Positions 29,196 through 40,510 are shown, counted from the stretch's first letter. The stretch: DNA of 64,000 nucleotides from Desulfobacula sp. (GCA_028280105.1 JANQML010000093.1:1206-65205), one strand, 5' to 3'. Program-made: numbers and translations. The notes: generated from the sequence alone by a model not told the origin.

Positions 29196-29247
29196 TGCCT
29201 ATACTCCTGTAACCATCAATTATTTTTGTAACCTTATTTTTGTGACC

Positions 29248-30729
29248 TTATTCTTGCAACCGGGCCGACGAAGCACCGCCTGCGGAAAAATATGGTGCAA
29301 TCTCTTTTGCCGTATTTTTGTTCCGCCCGGCTTGATCCGGCTGACGACGGTCCAGGCCGTTAAGGGCCTGATCCAAATCGTCAATAATATCCTGATAATG
29401 TTCCGCTCCCACACAGAGACGGATCAGGTTGGGGGGAATCCCGGCAAGATCCCTTCCCTCTTCTCCCTGCTGCTGGTGGGTGGAGATGGCCGGAATGGTG
29501 GCAACGGATTTGATCCGGCCCAGATCCGTGGCCCGCCAAATTCGCTGAAGGCTGTCAAAGACTTTTCTGGCCGCAGCAGCCCCGCCTTTGACATGAAAGG
29601 ACATTAAGTGGCCGTAGCGGTTCACCGGTTTGTTGTATAAATCATCAATATCTGAATCCACCAATACCATGTATTGCTTTGCCAGGTCATGCAGGGGATG
29701 GGTTTCCAATCCCAGGTAATCCACCTGTTCAATATGCTTGTGGCCTGACAGGAATCGGGCGACCTGCAAGGTGTTCCGGCTCATCAGATCGATCTTGGAC
29801 CGAAGGGTACGGATATCATTGAGACTTAATATCGCATTCACAGGGGATATATTGGGGCCGTTATCCCGGTTGGGAAGGGTTTTTAAGTACATTCCAAAGT
29901 CCTGCTTGAGCAGATCATTATCGATTTTCAAATCAAGGTTTTTCTTTGCAATCACAGCCCCGGATATACCAAAACCGCTGCTGGTTAACGTTTTTGTCAC
30001 CGACTGGACGACAATATCCGCCCCCCATTGCAAGGGCCGCAACAGTGCCGGGGTGGCCACGGTGGAATCGACGATCAATGGAATTTTGTATTTTTTGGCC
30101 AGTTCTCCCACTTTTTTCAGATCAAAAAAGGACTGTCCTGGATTGGAGGGCATTTCCCCGTATAAAAACCGGGTATGCTCATCAATGGCGGCTTCCCACT
30201 CTTCAATATCATTGGAATTGACAACTTTCCGCCATTCAATGTTTCGCTCGTTATGCTTTCGGATGCCAAACTGCTGAAACGTTCCGCCATAGACCTTGCA
30301 GGTGGCGACAAAATTGACAGGGGCGTCGGGGGATTCGGGATCCACCGCCAGGAACGGGTCGCAGGCGCTCATGATGGCGGACATGCCCGAGGCCGTTGCG
30401 CAGCAGGAGGTCTCAAAATCACCGCCATACCCCTCCAAAAGAGCCAGCACGCCTTCAAGGTAATACATGCTCGGATTGCCGATACGTGAATAGCACCAGG
30501 TGGGAATCTGATAGCTTAGTGCCGCCTCCATCTCGTCAGAATCCCTGAATCCCTGGGAGGATGACATATATATCGGCTCGATGATGGATCCCTGGTTAAA
30601 ATCCAGGGCCTCCTGCATGGAATAGATGCCGTGAACCGCAATGGTATCGAATTTACATGCCTTCATCTTTTGCATCTGCCGGGCATGCCATTGAGCCGAT
30701 CGTTCAGCCGCCTTGATATAAATATTCAT
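29248..30729 (-). CDS. Cys/Met metabolism PLP enzyme (O-acetylhomoserine sulfhydrylase-like)
   Basis: YSRIGNP, ASGMSA, VYGGT, VDSTVATP, SVTKTL, STHQQ, LIRLCVGAE. Confidence 0.88.
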   Translation of the reverse strand: MNIYIKAAERSAQWHARQMQKMKACKFDTIAVHGIYSMQEALDFNQGSIIEPIYMSSSQGFRDSDEMEAALSYQIPTWCYSRIGNPSMYYLEGVLALLEGYGGDFETSCCATASGMSAIMSACDPFLAVDPESPDAPVNFVATCKVYGGTFQQFGIRKHNERNIEWRKVVNSNDIEEWEAAIDEHTRFLYGEMPSNPGQSFFDLKKVGELAKKYKIPLIVDSTVATPALLRPLQWGADIVVQSVTKTLTSSGFGISGAVIAKKNLDLKIDNDLLKQDFGMYLKTLPNRDNGPNISPVNAILSLNDIRTLRSKIDLMSRNTLQVARFLSGHKHIEQVDYLGLETHPLHDLAKQYMVLVDSDIDDLYNKPVNRYGHLMSFHVKGGAAAARKVFDSLQRIWRATDLGRIKSVATIPAISTHQQQGEEGRDLAGIPPNLIRLCVGAEHYQDIIDDLDQALNGLDRRQPDQAGRNKNTAKEIAPYFSAGGASSARLQE

Positions 30730-31072
30730 TTTATCATTCTCTTGAATACGTTAACCCGCGTTCCGGTATAATAAAAAGTACCTGTTTTCAAAGAGATGGG
30801 AAATACGAAATCCGCACTTGCGCCATCTATAGTTATGATCTTTATTTATCCCAGCCTTTCATAAAAATTTTCAAAGTAAGATGATATCTCCATGGCTTTT
30901 GCAACCTTGGGTTTTGTCTATCATACAGTCTTAACAGTGGTGTCTCAAGAGATGGAAAGATATTTTTCTTACCAAAACCAAGAACCGGATGATGGATATA
31001 CTTTCTTTTTTCCTTTAAAAATGAAACAATCCGATCAAACAGCCGATTTTGACGGGATACAGGGAGGAGAAG

Positions 31073-31639
31073 ATGGAACGATGCCGATGGGTCACAAATG
31101 ATCCGGTTTACATTCAATATCATGACACGGAATGGGGTGTGCCTGTCCATGACGATCAGAAAATATTTGAATTCTTAACGCTTGAAGGGGCACAGGCCGG
31201 CCTGTCCTGGTTAACCATTCTTAAAAGAAGGCAGGGATATGTCAAAGCCTTTGACCGTTTCGACGTTCAAAAAGTGGCCCGGTACGGCCCTGAAAAAATT
31301 GAGCAGCTGCTGCAGGACACGGGTATTATAAGAAACCGGCTCAAAGTCAAATCGGCTGTAACAAACGCACAGGCCTTTATAAAAATACAGGAAGAATTCG
31401 GTTCCTTTGACCGTTATGCCTGGCGGTTCGTGGACGGGGAACCCAAGATCAACGCATTCAGGAAAGAAGACGAGCTGCCGGCATCCACCAAAGAATCAGA
31501 TGCTTTTTCAAAAGACCTGAAACAAAGGGGATTTAAATTTGTGGGTTCCACCATCATCTATGCCCACATGCAGGCCACCGGCATGGTCAATGACCACCTG
31601 GTATCCTGTTTCAGATACCATCAGGTCAATAACATATAA
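31073..31639 (+). CDS. tag: DNA-3-methyladenine glycosylase I
   Basis: YHDTEWG, LEGAQAGLSW, IIRNRLK, GMVNDH..C. Confidence 0.95.
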   Translation: MERCRWVTNDPVYIQYHDTEWGVPVHDDQKIFEFLTLEGAQAGLSWLTILKRRQGYVKAFDRFDVQKVARYGPEKIEQLLQDTGIIRNRLKVKSAVTNAQAFIKIQEEFGSFDRYAWRFVDGEPKINAFRKEDELPASTKESDAFSKDLKQRGFKFVGSTIIYAHMQATGMVNDHLVSCFRYHQVNNI

Positions 31640-31651
31640 AAGGATTAAACC

Positions 31652-33214
31652 ATGTTTCTTGTCACTGCCGGTCAGATGCAGGAAATGGATAGAGAGACCA
31701 TTGAATCTTTTGGAATTCCGGGTCTGGTTCTCATGGAAAATGCCGGACGCGGTGCGGTTGATTTTTTAACCAACCACTTTAAACCCACACAAAAGCAGAA
31801 AATAGCGATTTTTGCCGGCAGGGGAAACAATGGCGGAGACGGGTTTGTTATCGCCAGATACCTTCTTGAGCAGCAGATCCCGGTTCGTGTATTTCTGCTC
31901 TCTTCAAAAGAGAAAGTCACCGGAGATGCCCGGGTCAATCTGGATCTGTTTGACACCCTATGCCGAAAATATTCAATCGGGGATCTGATCGAAATTACGA
32001 GTTCAGAAAGTTTTAACACCTATCGGTCCACACTTTTTCACCACGATCTGTTTGTGGATGCTATTTTAGGAACCGGACTCAACTCCGATGTAAGAGGGTT
32101 TTTCAAGGATGCAATCGAGTTGATCAATACATTCCGAAAACCCGTGTTAAGCATTGATATCCCCTCCGGGCTCAACGCCGATACCGGTCATCCCATGGGA
32201 ATCGCGGTTAAGGCGGATGCCACCGTTACATTTGCCTTTGCAAAAACCGGACATATCCTCTTTCCGGGAAATCAGTATACCGGGCAGTTGAAAGTTGTCG
32301 ATATCGGTATTCCGCGTTTTATTGTTGAATCAAAAAAACCTGCACTCTCTTTAACAGAGAGGCAACAGGTGGCAGATCTGTTTTCCCCCAGGGCCTTTAC
32401 CGGTCACAAAGGCAGTTACGGCCATCTGCTGGTCATTGCCGGATCTGAAGGGAAAACCGGTGCCGCTGTTCTGTGCGCCAATACAGCCGCAAGATGCGGA
32501 ACCGGACTGGTGACCCTGGGTGTGCCGGAAAGTCTGAATGCCGGTATTGAACCCATGGTGATCGAACCCATGACTGCGGCCCTTTGTGAAGAAAAGAAAG
32601 GAAGAGTCACCGACCACTGTTTTGATCAGATCAGAGCACTGGCAGAAGATAAACAGGCCCTGGCCATCGGTCCGGGAATCGGTACGGACAAAGGAACCCG
32701 GGATCTGGTGCTGAAATTGATTCAAAACAGTACCATACCCATGGTTATTGATGCAGACGGTCTCAATTGCCTGGCCGGGAATCTGTCTGTTCTGAAACAG
32801 GCGGCGGCACCGGTGATTTTAACCCCGCATCCCGGGGAAATGGCCCGGTTATGCGGCAAAACCGCCGCAGCCATACAGGCGGACCGCATCTGGTTTGCCT
32901 CTGATTTTGCACAAAAACACAATGTCTTCCTTATTCTAAAAGGGGCCCGGACAATTATCAGCATGCCGGACGGACGGTCTGCCATCAACCCCACGGGTAA
33001 TCCAGGGATGGCGTCCGGGGGAATGGGAGATGTGCTGACCGGATTGATCGCCGGTTTTTGTGCCCAGGGGTTTTCACCTGAAGACGCCGGAATTGCAGGG
33101 GTATATATTCACGGACTTTGTGCGGATCTATTGTCCGAGCAAATCGGCGGTTTTGGTTTTCTGGCCTCAGATATGGTCGGCACGATTCCAACCGCCATCC
33201 ACCGCCATTTGTAA
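31652..33214 (+). CDS. nnr: bifunctional NAD(P)HX epimerase/dehydratase
   Basis: LMENAG, GRGNNGGDG, DIPSG, HKGSYG, TPHPGE, GGMGDVL. Confidence 0.95.
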   Translation: MFLVTAGQMQEMDRETIESFGIPGLVLMENAGRGAVDFLTNHFKPTQKQKIAIFAGRGNNGGDGFVIARYLLEQQIPVRVFLLSSKEKVTGDARVNLDLFDTLCRKYSIGDLIEITSSESFNTYRSTLFHHDLFVDAILGTGLNSDVRGFFKDAIELINTFRKPVLSIDIPSGLNADTGHPMGIAVKADATVTFAFAKTGHILFPGNQYTGQLKVVDIGIPRFIVESKKPALSLTERQQVADLFSPRAFTGHKGSYGHLLVIAGSEGKTGAAVLCANTAARCGTGLVTLGVPESLNAGIEPMVIEPMTAALCEEKKGRVTDHCFDQIRALAEDKQALAIGPGIGTDKGTRDLVLKLIQNSTIPMVIDADGLNCLAGNLSVLKQAAAPVILTPHPGEMARLCGKTAAAIQADRIWFASDFAQKHNVFLILKGARTIISMPDGRSAINPTGNPGMASGGMGDVLTGLIAGFCAQGFSPEDAGIAGVYIHGLCADLLSEQIGGFGFLASDMVGTIPTAIHRHL

Positions 33215-33269
33215 AGACTTATATCTTACCAAAAAAATTAGAGGGAGACGGTCCAATATCCGGCCAAGC

Positions 33270-33743
33270 ATGATACAATTTTATTCAACCACAGCAGAGC
33301 AGACCCAAACCTTTGCACGGCAAATGGGTCAGCAGATCACAACCGGTATGACCATTGCTTTGAAAGGAGACCTGGGTACAGGGAAAACCACCTTTGTACA
33401 GGGGCTTGCAAAGGGGCTCGGCATACCTGAAAGTTATTATATTACCAGCCCGACGTTCACGATTATCAACGAATACAACACCGCAAATCTAACCTTGTGC
33501 CATCTGGATCTTTACCGGCTGGGATCAACCGAGGAACTTGATTATATCGGATTTGAGGATCTGCTCGACTCCCGCCATGTGATTGTGGTCGAGTGGCCCG
33601 GTCTGCTGGAAGCGGATCATTTTTCCTTTGATCTTGAGATCCGTTTTACCCTGAACGAACAATTTCATAGACATCTTGAACTTTGCCCATCCAATGAGAC
33701 GGCCTTCAACCTATTAAACAGACTGCCCGGATGCCGGGATTAG
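33270..33743 (+). CDS. tsaE: tRNA threonylcarbamoyladenosine biosynthesis ATPase
   Basis: GDLGTGKT, SPTFT, HLDLYRL, VEW; follows nnr; real start ATG 33270. Confidence 0.94.
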   Translation: MIQFYSTTAEQTQTFARQMGQQITTGMTIALKGDLGTGKTTFVQGLAKGLGIPESYYITSPTFTIINEYNTANLTLCHLDLYRLGSTEELDYIGFEDLLDSRHVIVVEWPGLLEADHFSFDLEIRFTLNEQFHRHLELCPSNETAFNLLNRLPGCRD

Positions 33744-33991
33744 ATCGGGACCGTCACGGATTCCGTTCAACGACCCTCCCGGATCATGTTTTCCATGCGT
33801 TATTTATGCTGAAAGCTTAAATCTGTCGCCTCCCATCATTTGTATATAAAAATTTAATTTTATTTAAGATTCTAGATGGTTAACATAAATATATCGACTT
33901 GAAAATTCGGAATACTGGACAAGGCCATGATAATTTGTTAATCAGATGATTTTTACACATATGTAATTTAGATATTGTTATCGGAGTTATT

Positions 33992-35209
33992 ATGGCGTTA
34001 CGGATACAAAAATACGGCGGAACATCTGTCGCAGACATTGATTGTATCAACAATGTTGCCGACAGGGTTCTCAAGGGACACGAACAGGGAGATCAAATGG
34101 TTGTCGTGCTCTCTGCCATGGCAGGTGTGACTGACAAACTGCTCACGCTTGCCGGACAGGCCTCAAAACGGCCGGATAAAAGAGAGCTGGATGTGCTTCT
34201 TGCCACGGGAGAGCAGACCACTGCAGCACTGTTGAGCATGATCCTCAAAGACAGGGGGTACCACGCCCAGTCGTTTTTAGGTTTCCAGGCAGGCATTCGA
34301 ACCGACAAAAAATCCGGGAAAGCAAGAATTCTGAATATTGACTGCCAGCAGATAAAACAGGCACTGAACAATGGAAGTATTGCCGTGATTGCCGGGTTCC
34401 AGGGTGCGGACAACGAAGGGTCCATTACCACCCTGGGGAGGGGAGGATCGGATACGTCTGCCGTTGCCATTGCATCTGCGTTAAAGGCAGATGTTTGTGA
34501 AATATTCACCGATGTGGATGGGGTCTACACCACAGACCCCAGGATTTGCAGTGCCGCTAAAAAAATTAAAAAGATATCTTACGAAGAAATGCTTGAAATG
34601 GCTATACTGGGCGCCAAAGTTCTCCAGATCCGATCGGTTGAATTTGCAAAAAAATATAATGTCCCCGTCCATGTCAGATCATCATTCAGCGAGGAGGAAG
34701 GAACCATGGTTGTCAATGAAAGTTCGGATATGGAAAGTGTTGTTGTATCCGGAATCACCTGTGATTTGAACGAATCCAGGATTACCCTGAAAAAAGTCCC
34801 GGATCAACCCGGCACTTCGGCAAAAATTTTCTCACCCCTTGCAGAAGCCGAAATCATGGTGGATATGATTATCCAGAACACCCGGTCCGGCGGAGAGACC
34901 GATGTGACATTTACCGTTACCAAAGATGATTTTATAAAGGCAAAAGAGATTTCCGAACAGGTGGCAAAAGAGATTGGCGCCAAAGAAGTATTAACCGCCG
35001 AAGGGATCGCAAAAGTTTCGGTGATCGGCCTGGGCATGAAAAGCCATTCCGGAGTGGCGGCGACCATGTTCAAAACACTGGCCTCTGAAAATATCAATAT
35101 CCGTCTGATCAGCACCTCAGAGATCCGAATCTCCTGTGTCATTCTGGCCAAATATGCCGAACTGGCGGTTCGGTCCCTTCATACCGCGTTCGGTCTTGAT
35201 CAGAAATGA
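33992..35209 (+). CDS. lysC: aspartate kinase
   Basis: QKYGGTS, TTLGRGGSD, TDVDG, two ACT domains, STSEI. Confidence 0.96.
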   Translation: MALRIQKYGGTSVADIDCINNVADRVLKGHEQGDQMVVVLSAMAGVTDKLLTLAGQASKRPDKRELDVLLATGEQTTAALLSMILKDRGYHAQSFLGFQAGIRTDKKSGKARILNIDCQQIKQALNNGSIAVIAGFQGADNEGSITTLGRGGSDTSAVAIASALKADVCEIFTDVDGVYTTDPRICSAAKKIKKISYEEMLEMAILGAKVLQIRSVEFAKKYNVPVHVRSSFSEEEGTMVVNESSDMESVVVSGITCDLNESRITLKKVPDQPGTSAKIFSPLAEAEIMVDMIIQNTRSGGETDVTFTVTKDDFIKAKEISEQVAKEIGAKEVLTAEGIAKVSVIGLGMKSHSGVAATMFKTLASENINIRLISTSEIRISCVILAKYAELAVRSLHTAFGLDQK

Positions 35210-35674
35210 CCGATATCAGATGATATTGCCGCACCCCCGATAGTAAACGGATAGTAAAAGGATGGTAAAGCCCGGTCCGAATCCGGGTACGTGTCTGCCC
35301 CGACGGAATCCCCTATCTCCCGGATCCACCATCAATTCTTTGTTTCATGTTCCGGGTCATGGGTTGTGCACCATCCCCGGCCGACAGCAAGGTGCCGGAT
35401 ACAGGGCGACAAAGATTGAAGAGCGGGGATCAGCCATACGCCGCAGGCAGGAACGACCGCATTCAATCCGGTAGGTGGTACCGTATGGTGGATCAGGCTA
35501 TCTTTATTACCGTTGACAATACCTTTTTCAACCGATATAGATTCTTAATCCTATACGCGGTTCCGGATACGACGCATCCTGCCCCTGTATCACCTGGAAT
35601 TTCCCGGAATTTAAAACCTGCGTCTTTACAGACACAGGACCGAAGCCGGTTTAAAACCCGTAAAATGCCGCTGT

Positions 35675-37165
35675 ATGAATTTACCCAAAAAGATCTGTCA
35701 AATGAGAAGACCCTTAACCATATTTAAGCGCCTGGTCATCGGCAATATGATCATCCTTTTTCTAATCGTGATCATGGGTGTTGTGGTCTCCTATAATCTC
35801 AGCCGGCTCCAGTCCGTCAACCAGGGGCTGGTTGCGACAAATCAGGAAAGTATATTCACCGGAGAACAGATCATTGGTACGTTTAATATGCTGGTTCAAT
35901 TTGATGAAAAATATTTTGTAGCCAAGGATGTGGATTATTTGAACCGGTTCAACGAGAAAAAACGGATCCTGGCCGACGAATTCAAAACGTTTTATAGCCT
36001 GATGGAGACACCGGAACAAAAAGAACAATTTGAAACAGCTTGGCATGCCTTCCAAATCTACCTGGCATGGTTCGATGAAAAATCAAAAATCATTTACTCT
36101 AAAATTTCCTTGGATTTCGAAGTATTAACCCAAGAACGGCGGCCCTACGTAAAACCGGTATTAACTCATCTGAATCAGATTCTTACGACCACCCGGAACA
36201 TTGTCACCCAAAAAAACCGGATCTCGGGTCAAATGACAAAACAGATCTTCATGGTCACGGTTTTGACCACCCTGCTGACGGTTCTGGTCGGCATGGCCAT
36301 TACGGTTGTAAACACCCGATCCATACGCAACTCGGTCCAGCGGCTTCAACACAAAACCGAAGAGATCGCCCAGGGACGGTTTGAAGAGATTCAAACCATT
36401 AACGGCCCAAAAGAGATACAGGATCTGGCCCTCCATTTTAATACCATGTGCCACAGGTTAAAAGAGCTGGATGAACTCAAAGCCAATTTTATCAGTCATG
36501 TTTCCCATGAGCTTCGAACCCCTTTGACATCGATTAAAGAGGCAACGATCATGCTCACAAAAGGATTTTATGCAGATCACCCGGAGAAACAGGATCAATT
36601 GCTGGAGCTGATCCACAATGAGTGTCAACGCCTGTTGAATTCGGTGATGCGGATCCTGGACTTTTCTAAAATGGAAGCGGGGAAAATGGAGTATCGGATA
36701 ACCTGTCTCAATTTACCGGATCTTCTTAGAAAATCGATTTTAAAGCTGGCTCCGCTGGCCCATAAAAAAAAGATCACCCTGGAATTTTCACCCCCGCCGC
36801 CGGATCTTCCCAATGTACGTGCAGATGAAGACCGCATCATTGAGGTGTTGGACAATATTATCGGAAACGCCATTAAATTCACCCCCTTTAACGGAAAAAT
36901 AGAGGTCAATTGTCTGATAAAAAAAGAAAAAAAAGAGCTGTTAGTCCGGGTAACGGACAGCGGTCCCGGAATAGCACTTGAACATCTGGAAAAGATTTTC
37001 TATAAATTCAAACAGATTGACAACGATTTAAATACACGGATGGGCACCGGTTTAGGCCTTTGTATCTCTAAGTATATCATCAAGGCGCACGGAGGAAAAA
37101 TATGGGCGGAAAACATGGCGTCAAACGGCACCAGGGTCTCGTTTACATTGCCGCAATCACCCTAA
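35675..37165 (+). CDS. HAMP sensor histidine kinase (GlrK/QseE-like)
   Basis: Two TM helices, HAMP, SHELRTPL, NAIKF, DSGPG, GTGLGL. Confidence 0.92.
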   Translation: MNLPKKICQMRRPLTIFKRLVIGNMIILFLIVIMGVVVSYNLSRLQSVNQGLVATNQESIFTGEQIIGTFNMLVQFDEKYFVAKDVDYLNRFNEKKRILADEFKTFYSLMETPEQKEQFETAWHAFQIYLAWFDEKSKIIYSKISLDFEVLTQERRPYVKPVLTHLNQILTTTRNIVTQKNRISGQMTKQIFMVTVLTTLLTVLVGMAITVVNTRSIRNSVQRLQHKTEEIAQGRFEEIQTINGPKEIQDLALHFNTMCHRLKELDELKANFISHVSHELRTPLTSIKEATIMLTKGFYADHPEKQDQLLELIHNECQRLLNSVMRILDFSKMEAGKMEYRITCLNLPDLLRKSILKLAPLAHKKKITLEFSPPPPDLPNVRADEDRIIEVLDNIIGNAIKFTPFNGKIEVNCLIKKEKKELLVRVTDSGPGIALEHLEKIFYKFKQIDNDLNTRMGTGLGLCISKYIIKAHGGKIWAENMASNGTRVSFTLPQSP

Positions 37166-37632
37166 TCCTGTTTTCTTTTTCCGGCTGCACGCAGATCTCC
37201 CGGTCTTTTAAGATAACGGCCGACACCCGGTTACAACAGGAATTGGCAGCGATTGAAGCGATGATTAAAAATAAAGATTTCCAGGCCGCATCAACAGCCA
37301 ACCTGGCAATGTTAAAAAAATATCAAAATAGTTTTAAACCGGGCGATACCGTGACGGCCAACTGTCTGATACAGGCCAGAATCAATCAAAGGCTGCTGGC
37401 CCAAGTCCTCTCTGACCATGAACAGAAAGCATCTCTTTTTAAACGGATTCAACAGGACAAGGATAAGCAAAAAAGAGAACGTCAATCCGTCCAGACTTTT
37501 AAGGAGGAAATCCATGGGTTAAACAAAAAAATCGAAACACTTGAAAAAGAAAAATCAGAACTTGAAAAACAGATTGAACGGATGAAACAGATCGACCTTA
37601 ACAAAGATTCCACGCCCAAATCCCTGCAATAG
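37102..37632 (+). CDS. coiled-coil lipoprotein (QseG/YfhG-like)
   Basis: Lipobox FSGC, C-terminal coiled coil ending ERMKQID; lies between kinase and regulator as in glrK-qseG-glrR. Confidence 0.65.
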   Translation: MGGKHGVKRHQGLVYIAAITLILFSFSGCTQISRSFKITADTRLQQELAAIEAMIKNKDFQAASTANLAMLKKYQNSFKPGDTVTANCLIQARINQRLLAQVLSDHEQKASLFKRIQQDKDKQKRERQSVQTFKEEIHGLNKKIETLEKEKSELEKQIERMKQIDLNKDSTPKSLQ

Positions 37633-37766
37633 GCAGATGGATTACAGACGTTTTTAGGCCTTTATTTTTCCTTGTGAATTCAGACCGTTTTTTTAAAAGT
37701 CTTATGCAACAACGGCGTTTAATCTAATAGCCATTGTATCCCATTTACCCTTGGAGGATATAGAGC

Positions 37767-39125
37767 GTGAAAACCATACTCATTGTGGACGATGACCCGG
37801 CCATTTTAAAAGTCCTTAAAATGCGGCTTGAATTAGAGTCCTACCTTGTGATTGATGTTGAAAACAGTCTTGATGCGGTAACGGCAATGGAGACGCATCC
37901 CGTGGACATGGCGATCATTGACTACCAACTGGGAAACGAAAACGGCATTGACCTGATGGAAAGACTCAAGCAGATCCGGCCTAATTTTCCGGTGATTATT
38001 CTAACAGCCCACGGGACGATTGAAAAAGCGGTCCAGGCCATTCAAAAAGGGGCCACCACTTATTTAACCAAACCCTTTGATGATACGGAGCTGATCCACC
38101 ATGTCCGGCTCAGCCTTGAAAAAAACAGGCTCACGGAAGAAATCAGATCATTAAAACAGATGCTGCAAGATAAATTCGGTTTTGAAAATATCATTGCCAA
38201 AGATGAAGAGATGATTTCCGTGTTAAAAGAAGTGGTCCAGGCTTCAAAAATTGACTCGAATATCCTGCTGGAGGGAGAAAGCGGCACCGGGAAAGAATTG
38301 ATGGCCAAATCCATTCATGTGGCCAGTGACAGAAAGGATGAACCCTTTATTGCCATCAATTGCGCCGCCATTCCCGAATCCTTGTTTGAAAGTGAGTTGT
38401 TTGGCGTCAGAAAAGGGGCATTCACCGGTGCGGACACCGATAAAAAGGGATTTCTTGAAAAGGCGGGAACCGGAACCTTTTTTTTTGATGAAATTTCTGA
38501 AATTCCCACCTCTATCCAGGCAAAACTGCTCCGGGCATTGCAGGAGAACGAATTTTATCCACTGGGCGGCAAACAAAAGATCAAGTTTAAGGCCCGGATC
38601 ATTGCAGCAACCAACAAACATCTTGAGGATGAAGTAAAAAGAAAAAATTTCAGGGAAGATCTCTATTACCGGATCCGTGTCATTCCCATTACGCTGCCGC
38701 CTCTAAGAAACCGGCGGGCCTGTATTCCGTTGCTTGCCCATTCGTTTCTGACCCATTTTAAACAGGAGATGAACAAATCGGTCACCCATTTTTCTGATGC
38801 GGCCATGAAAAAACTGTGTCAGGCAAAATGGCCGGGCAATATCCGGGAGTTGAAAAATGTAGTGGAGTATTGTGTTGCCATGTCTCAGACACCGATTATT
38901 CCCGCAGATCTTGTCATGTTTGGGAAAGAGGAATCTCCGGCCGACTTTAAGCCGTTTAAAGAGGCAAAACTCGAATTTGAAAAAAATTATATTCATCAGC
39001 TTCTCTCTCTTACCCATGGGAATGTCAGCCAGGCAGCCAAACTGGCAGGAAAATACAGGGCCGATTTTTATGATCAGATGAAAAAATGCGGATTGAATGC
39101 CGAAGACTTTCGAAAGGAGATGTAG
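37767..39125 (+). CDS. sigma-54-dependent response regulator (GlrR/NtrC-like)
   Basis: REC domain, GESGTGKE, GAFTGA, WPGNIREL, Fis-type HTH. Confidence 0.95.
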   Translation: MKTILIVDDDPAILKVLKMRLELESYLVIDVENSLDAVTAMETHPVDMAIIDYQLGNENGIDLMERLKQIRPNFPVIILTAHGTIEKAVQAIQKGATTYLTKPFDDTELIHHVRLSLEKNRLTEEIRSLKQMLQDKFGFENIIAKDEEMISVLKEVVQASKIDSNILLEGESGTGKELMAKSIHVASDRKDEPFIAINCAAIPESLFESELFGVRKGAFTGADTDKKGFLEKAGTGTFFFDEISEIPTSIQAKLLRALQENEFYPLGGKQKIKFKARIIAATNKHLEDEVKRKNFREDLYYRIRVIPITLPPLRNRRACIPLLAHSFLTHFKQEMNKSVTHFSDAAMKKLCQAKWPGNIRELKNVVEYCVAMSQTPIIPADLVMFGKEESPADFKPFKEAKLEFEKNYIHQLLSLTHGNVSQAAKLAGKYRADFYDQMKKCGLNAEDFRKEM

Positions 39126-39459
39126 GAAATTCAATACACTTTGGCAAACCCTTATTCATTTCAGACAAACCTATTGATAATAAAGAACAATTATCAAAAT
39201 TCATCTCTTCTTACTTTAAAAATGATTGATTTTTCGTACACCTTGGTCAAGATTAATTTTATAAATGAATTCAAGCTATTATAAAAAAAATCAGCCTCAA
39301 GTGTATGATTTTTCATTCACATTCAAAAAAACAGCCTTAAAACCCAATTATACAAAAAAATAAAAGGGATCTTTTAAAATAATGATAACCATCCGGAATA
39401 AAAGGCTATTTATATCCATCTTATGGATAAAATAATTTATTTACCCCCCAAAAACAGGT

Positions 39460-39475
39460 TGGTATCTTTATTGCT
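39460..39475 (+). promoter_or_regulatory. sigma-54 promoter for the FeeM-like gene
   Basis: TGGTATC-TTTA-TTGCT, GG-N10-GC spacing, ~95 nt upstream of ATG 39569. Confidence 0.6.
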
Positions 39476-39568
39476 GTATATTTTGCAGAAACCCAAAGCA
39501 GTCGTCTTAAACCATAGTTCACTCAAGACCGGCTCGAATTTAAATAACCGATTCAAATAAAGGCACCC

Positions 39569-40384
39569 ATGACACAACCCGAACGTAGAAAATCCATTGA
39601 AACCCATGTTGAATCCGTTGATCAGCTGAAAACACCCCCTTCACAACTTCGTGAGATGATCCGGATCAATGATATGGAAACCCGTCAATACGTATTTAAG
39701 CAGGTTACGGAAACCCAGGATTTTTTCAATGCATTAAAATTGGTTCAGGAAATCTATATTCAGGAAGGGTATGTGGACAAGACCACGGATAACCGCCCGT
39801 ACCGGATATTAAAAAACCATCATTATGAAGAAACCGCTGTTTTTGTCGGAAAAAAAGAGAATAGAATCGCATTCACCGTCAGCCTGTTTCCGGACGCTCC
39901 GTGGGGTCTTCCCATGGATTCAATATACAAGGAAGAGCTGGATCGACTCCGCTCCCAGGGAAGAAAAATAGGTGAAGTGGGGTGCCTGGCCACCCATCCG
40001 GACCATCGAAACGGATCACAGAATATTTTAATGCACGGCAACAAGATTATGCTCAAACATGCCATGGAAAAATTAAAGCTGGATGACCTGGTCATCATTG
40101 TCCATCCCAAACACGCGCTGGTCTATAAAGAGGTATTGATGTTTGAGGAGATTGACCCGGGAACGGTAAAAGCCTACCCAAAAGTAAACAATAACCCGGC
40201 GGTTGCCCTGAGGCTGGATCTTCAGAGGGTGGAGGACAAATTCCGCATCTGTTATAAAGACCATTGTTTTGAAACCGATTTGCACCATTTTCTATTTGTC
40301 AAAAACAGTGAAAACCTGGAAATACTGGACCACCCTTCTCCCCGGATACCATTTCCTCCGGACATCCATTCCTATTCATATTGA
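39569..40384 (+). CDS. N-acyl amino acid synthase (FeeM-like GNAT)
   Basis: TVSLFPD..WGLPMDSIY.EELD.LR..G..IGEVGCLA and VHPKHA..Y pattern, NNPAVAL. Confidence 0.75.
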   Translation: MTQPERRKSIETHVESVDQLKTPPSQLREMIRINDMETRQYVFKQVTETQDFFNALKLVQEIYIQEGYVDKTTDNRPYRILKNHHYEETAVFVGKKENRIAFTVSLFPDAPWGLPMDSIYKEELDRLRSQGRKIGEVGCLATHPDHRNGSQNILMHGNKIMLKHAMEKLKLDDLVIIVHPKHALVYKEVLMFEEIDPGTVKAYPKVNNNPAVALRLDLQRVEDKFRICYKDHCFETDLHHFLFVKNSENLEILDHPSPRIPFPPDIHSYSY

Positions 40385-40510
40385 TTCGAGTATTCATCCG
40401 GATGCTTGCTCGAGCCCCTGACACTTTTAAACCAATAAAATTGCTTCAGCACTTTTTTCATGCAACCGTTGAGGTAACTATCAGGCGTTATCAACAGAGA
40501 AAGAGAACCC

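Noticed and set aside
35239-35271. Three imperfect 11-bp repeats GATAGTAAA after lysC, and ORFs 35262-35474 / 35347-35727
   Set aside because: Short and degenerate; ORFs lack RBS and recognisable motifs.
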